DNA of 64,000 bases, taken from Amphiscolops sp. MND2022. Lineage: Eukaryota. The position numbers and the translations under genes are program-made. The stretch is taken from NCBI GenBank assembly GCA_964187785.1, contig OZ076413.1, forward strand, positions 41,480,001 through 41,544,000, given 5' to 3'. Below the pieces are notes generated by a model. That model saw nothing but the letters and a program-made list of their open reading frames with translations. It was not told the DNA's origin and searched no databases. Positions 62,901-64,000 of the stretch are shown here, one piece after another. Each line of letters begins with the position of its first letter. Within the stretch, counting starts at the first letter, position 1.

Positions 62901-64000
62901 TCTTTGCATCCAATTCAGGTAATTTCTGATGATCATGCTGAAGTTGCAGTAATTGCGAACACAAGTATGACTCAGGAGCCACCTGTTGAATGGAAAAAAT
63001 TTAGAAGTTCCCCGAAATGCGTCCGTGTTATCGCGTTTTGTTTGCGGTTGAAGTATAAAAGTCAATCTAAAGTTTTACTTGTTGAGGAATTGAATCGAGC
63101 AGAAGAAAGAGTTTTGAAAATGATTCAAAAAGAATCTTTCCCGGATCTTTTTGATGAGAAGGAAAGTTTCGGTAAAACTAAAAAAGGCGGAAATCTATCA
63201 AAATTTGCACCCTTCTTTGATGAAAAAGGAGTTATCAGAACTAGGGGTCGCATCAAACATGCCAACTTGAGCTTCGAACAGCGTCATCCGATATTGCTAT
63301 CTACGAAACACGACATGGTAATGACCATGTTGCGAGATCTACACTTCGAACACAATCATGAAGGTGTAGAGTATGTGAGAAGTGTTATTCAACAAAAATT
63401 TTGGATAATCGGGTTACGAAATGCTTTGAGGAGTGTTAAAACTAGTTGTGTGTTCTGTCGCAAACTACGTGCACAGAATAAAACCCCGTTGATAGCCGAC
63501 TTACCCCCAGAGAGACTTGATTATCAGTCATATCCGTTTACCAACGTTGGGGTGGATTATTTCGGTCCGTTTGAGGTGAAATTATTAGGAAGATCTATGA
63601 AACGTTGGTGCTGCTTATTTACATGTTTAACTACCAGAGCAGTACATATCGAAGTGGTTCGAAGTCTTGACACAGATTCTTGCTTGGTAGCTATCAACAG
63701 ATTAATAGCTAGACGCGGCAAGCCGACTACTATCATCAGCGATAATGGTACTAACTTCGTTGGATCAGCAAGAGAGTTGAAGGAGTACATCAACTCATGG
63801 AATCAAGATCAAATAACGTCAGAGCTTGCTCAGAAGCACATTGTATGGAAGTTTAACCCTCCTGGTGCACCCCATTTTGGTGGTGTATGGGAGAGATTAG
63901 TTAGAAGTTGCAAAAAGGCAATGGTGGCTATATTGGGAAATCGATCTCTTACAGATGAAGTTTTATTGACAACTATGTGCTTAGTGGAACAAATATTAAA
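56999..64000 (+). mobile_element. BEL/Pao LTR retrotransposon, runs off the window end
   Basis: Putative LTR TGTGT...ACGCA (56999-57787; start inferred). PBS TGGTCCTGCGACCCGG at 57794, similar to the tRNA-Tyr-type TGGTCCTTCGAGCCGG. Polyprotein carries Pao motifs. Confidence 0.93.
57888..64000 (+). pseudogene. BEL/Pao gag-pol polyprotein, single frame with four nonsense codons
   Basis: LPKLNLSEFHGDPLEWPEW (DUF1759-type gag), three Cys/His knuckles, LCDTGS protease, YLPHHPV and FYMDD RT, LHIFSDAS RNase H, GVDYFGP / SDNGTNF / GGVWERLV integrase. Stops at 58491, 60270, 61746 and 62181, all in the same frame. Confidence 0.92.

Overview
AT-rich, intron-containing eukaryotic DNA dominated by transposable elements; no prokaryotic operons, rRNA or CRISPR arrays. 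It is probably from an invertebrate animal; the repeat families recall acoel-type genomes, but that is an unverified impression. There are four decayed LTR retroelements. (1) A Ty3/Gypsy element at 15229-20729 (+). (2) A pol-deleted Gypsy-like element at ~28.5-34.3 kb (-) that keeps gag and an env-like ORF resembling class III (herpes gB / chuvirus G type) fusion glycoproteins, plus a further ORF. (3) A 13.6-kb Gypsy element at 41632-55263 (-, TTGGA target duplication) whose ~1.5-kb LTRs encode the start of an ORF that reads through the PBS into gag. It also carries two extra, divergently oriented ORFs between pol and the 3' LTR. (4) A BEL/Pao element from ~56999 to the window end. Two further LTR-like fragments carry the same LTR-encoded ORF. 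Host-type genes are a small cluster of MATH/TRAF-like genes (two open copies with a near-identical 3' tract, plus a degraded third copy) and a probable degenerate claudin/PMP22-like gene interrupted by element 3. There are also several MITE/foldback elements, DINE-1/Helentron-like repeats, tRNA-derived segments and simple repeats. All calls are by eye; no database searches were run.
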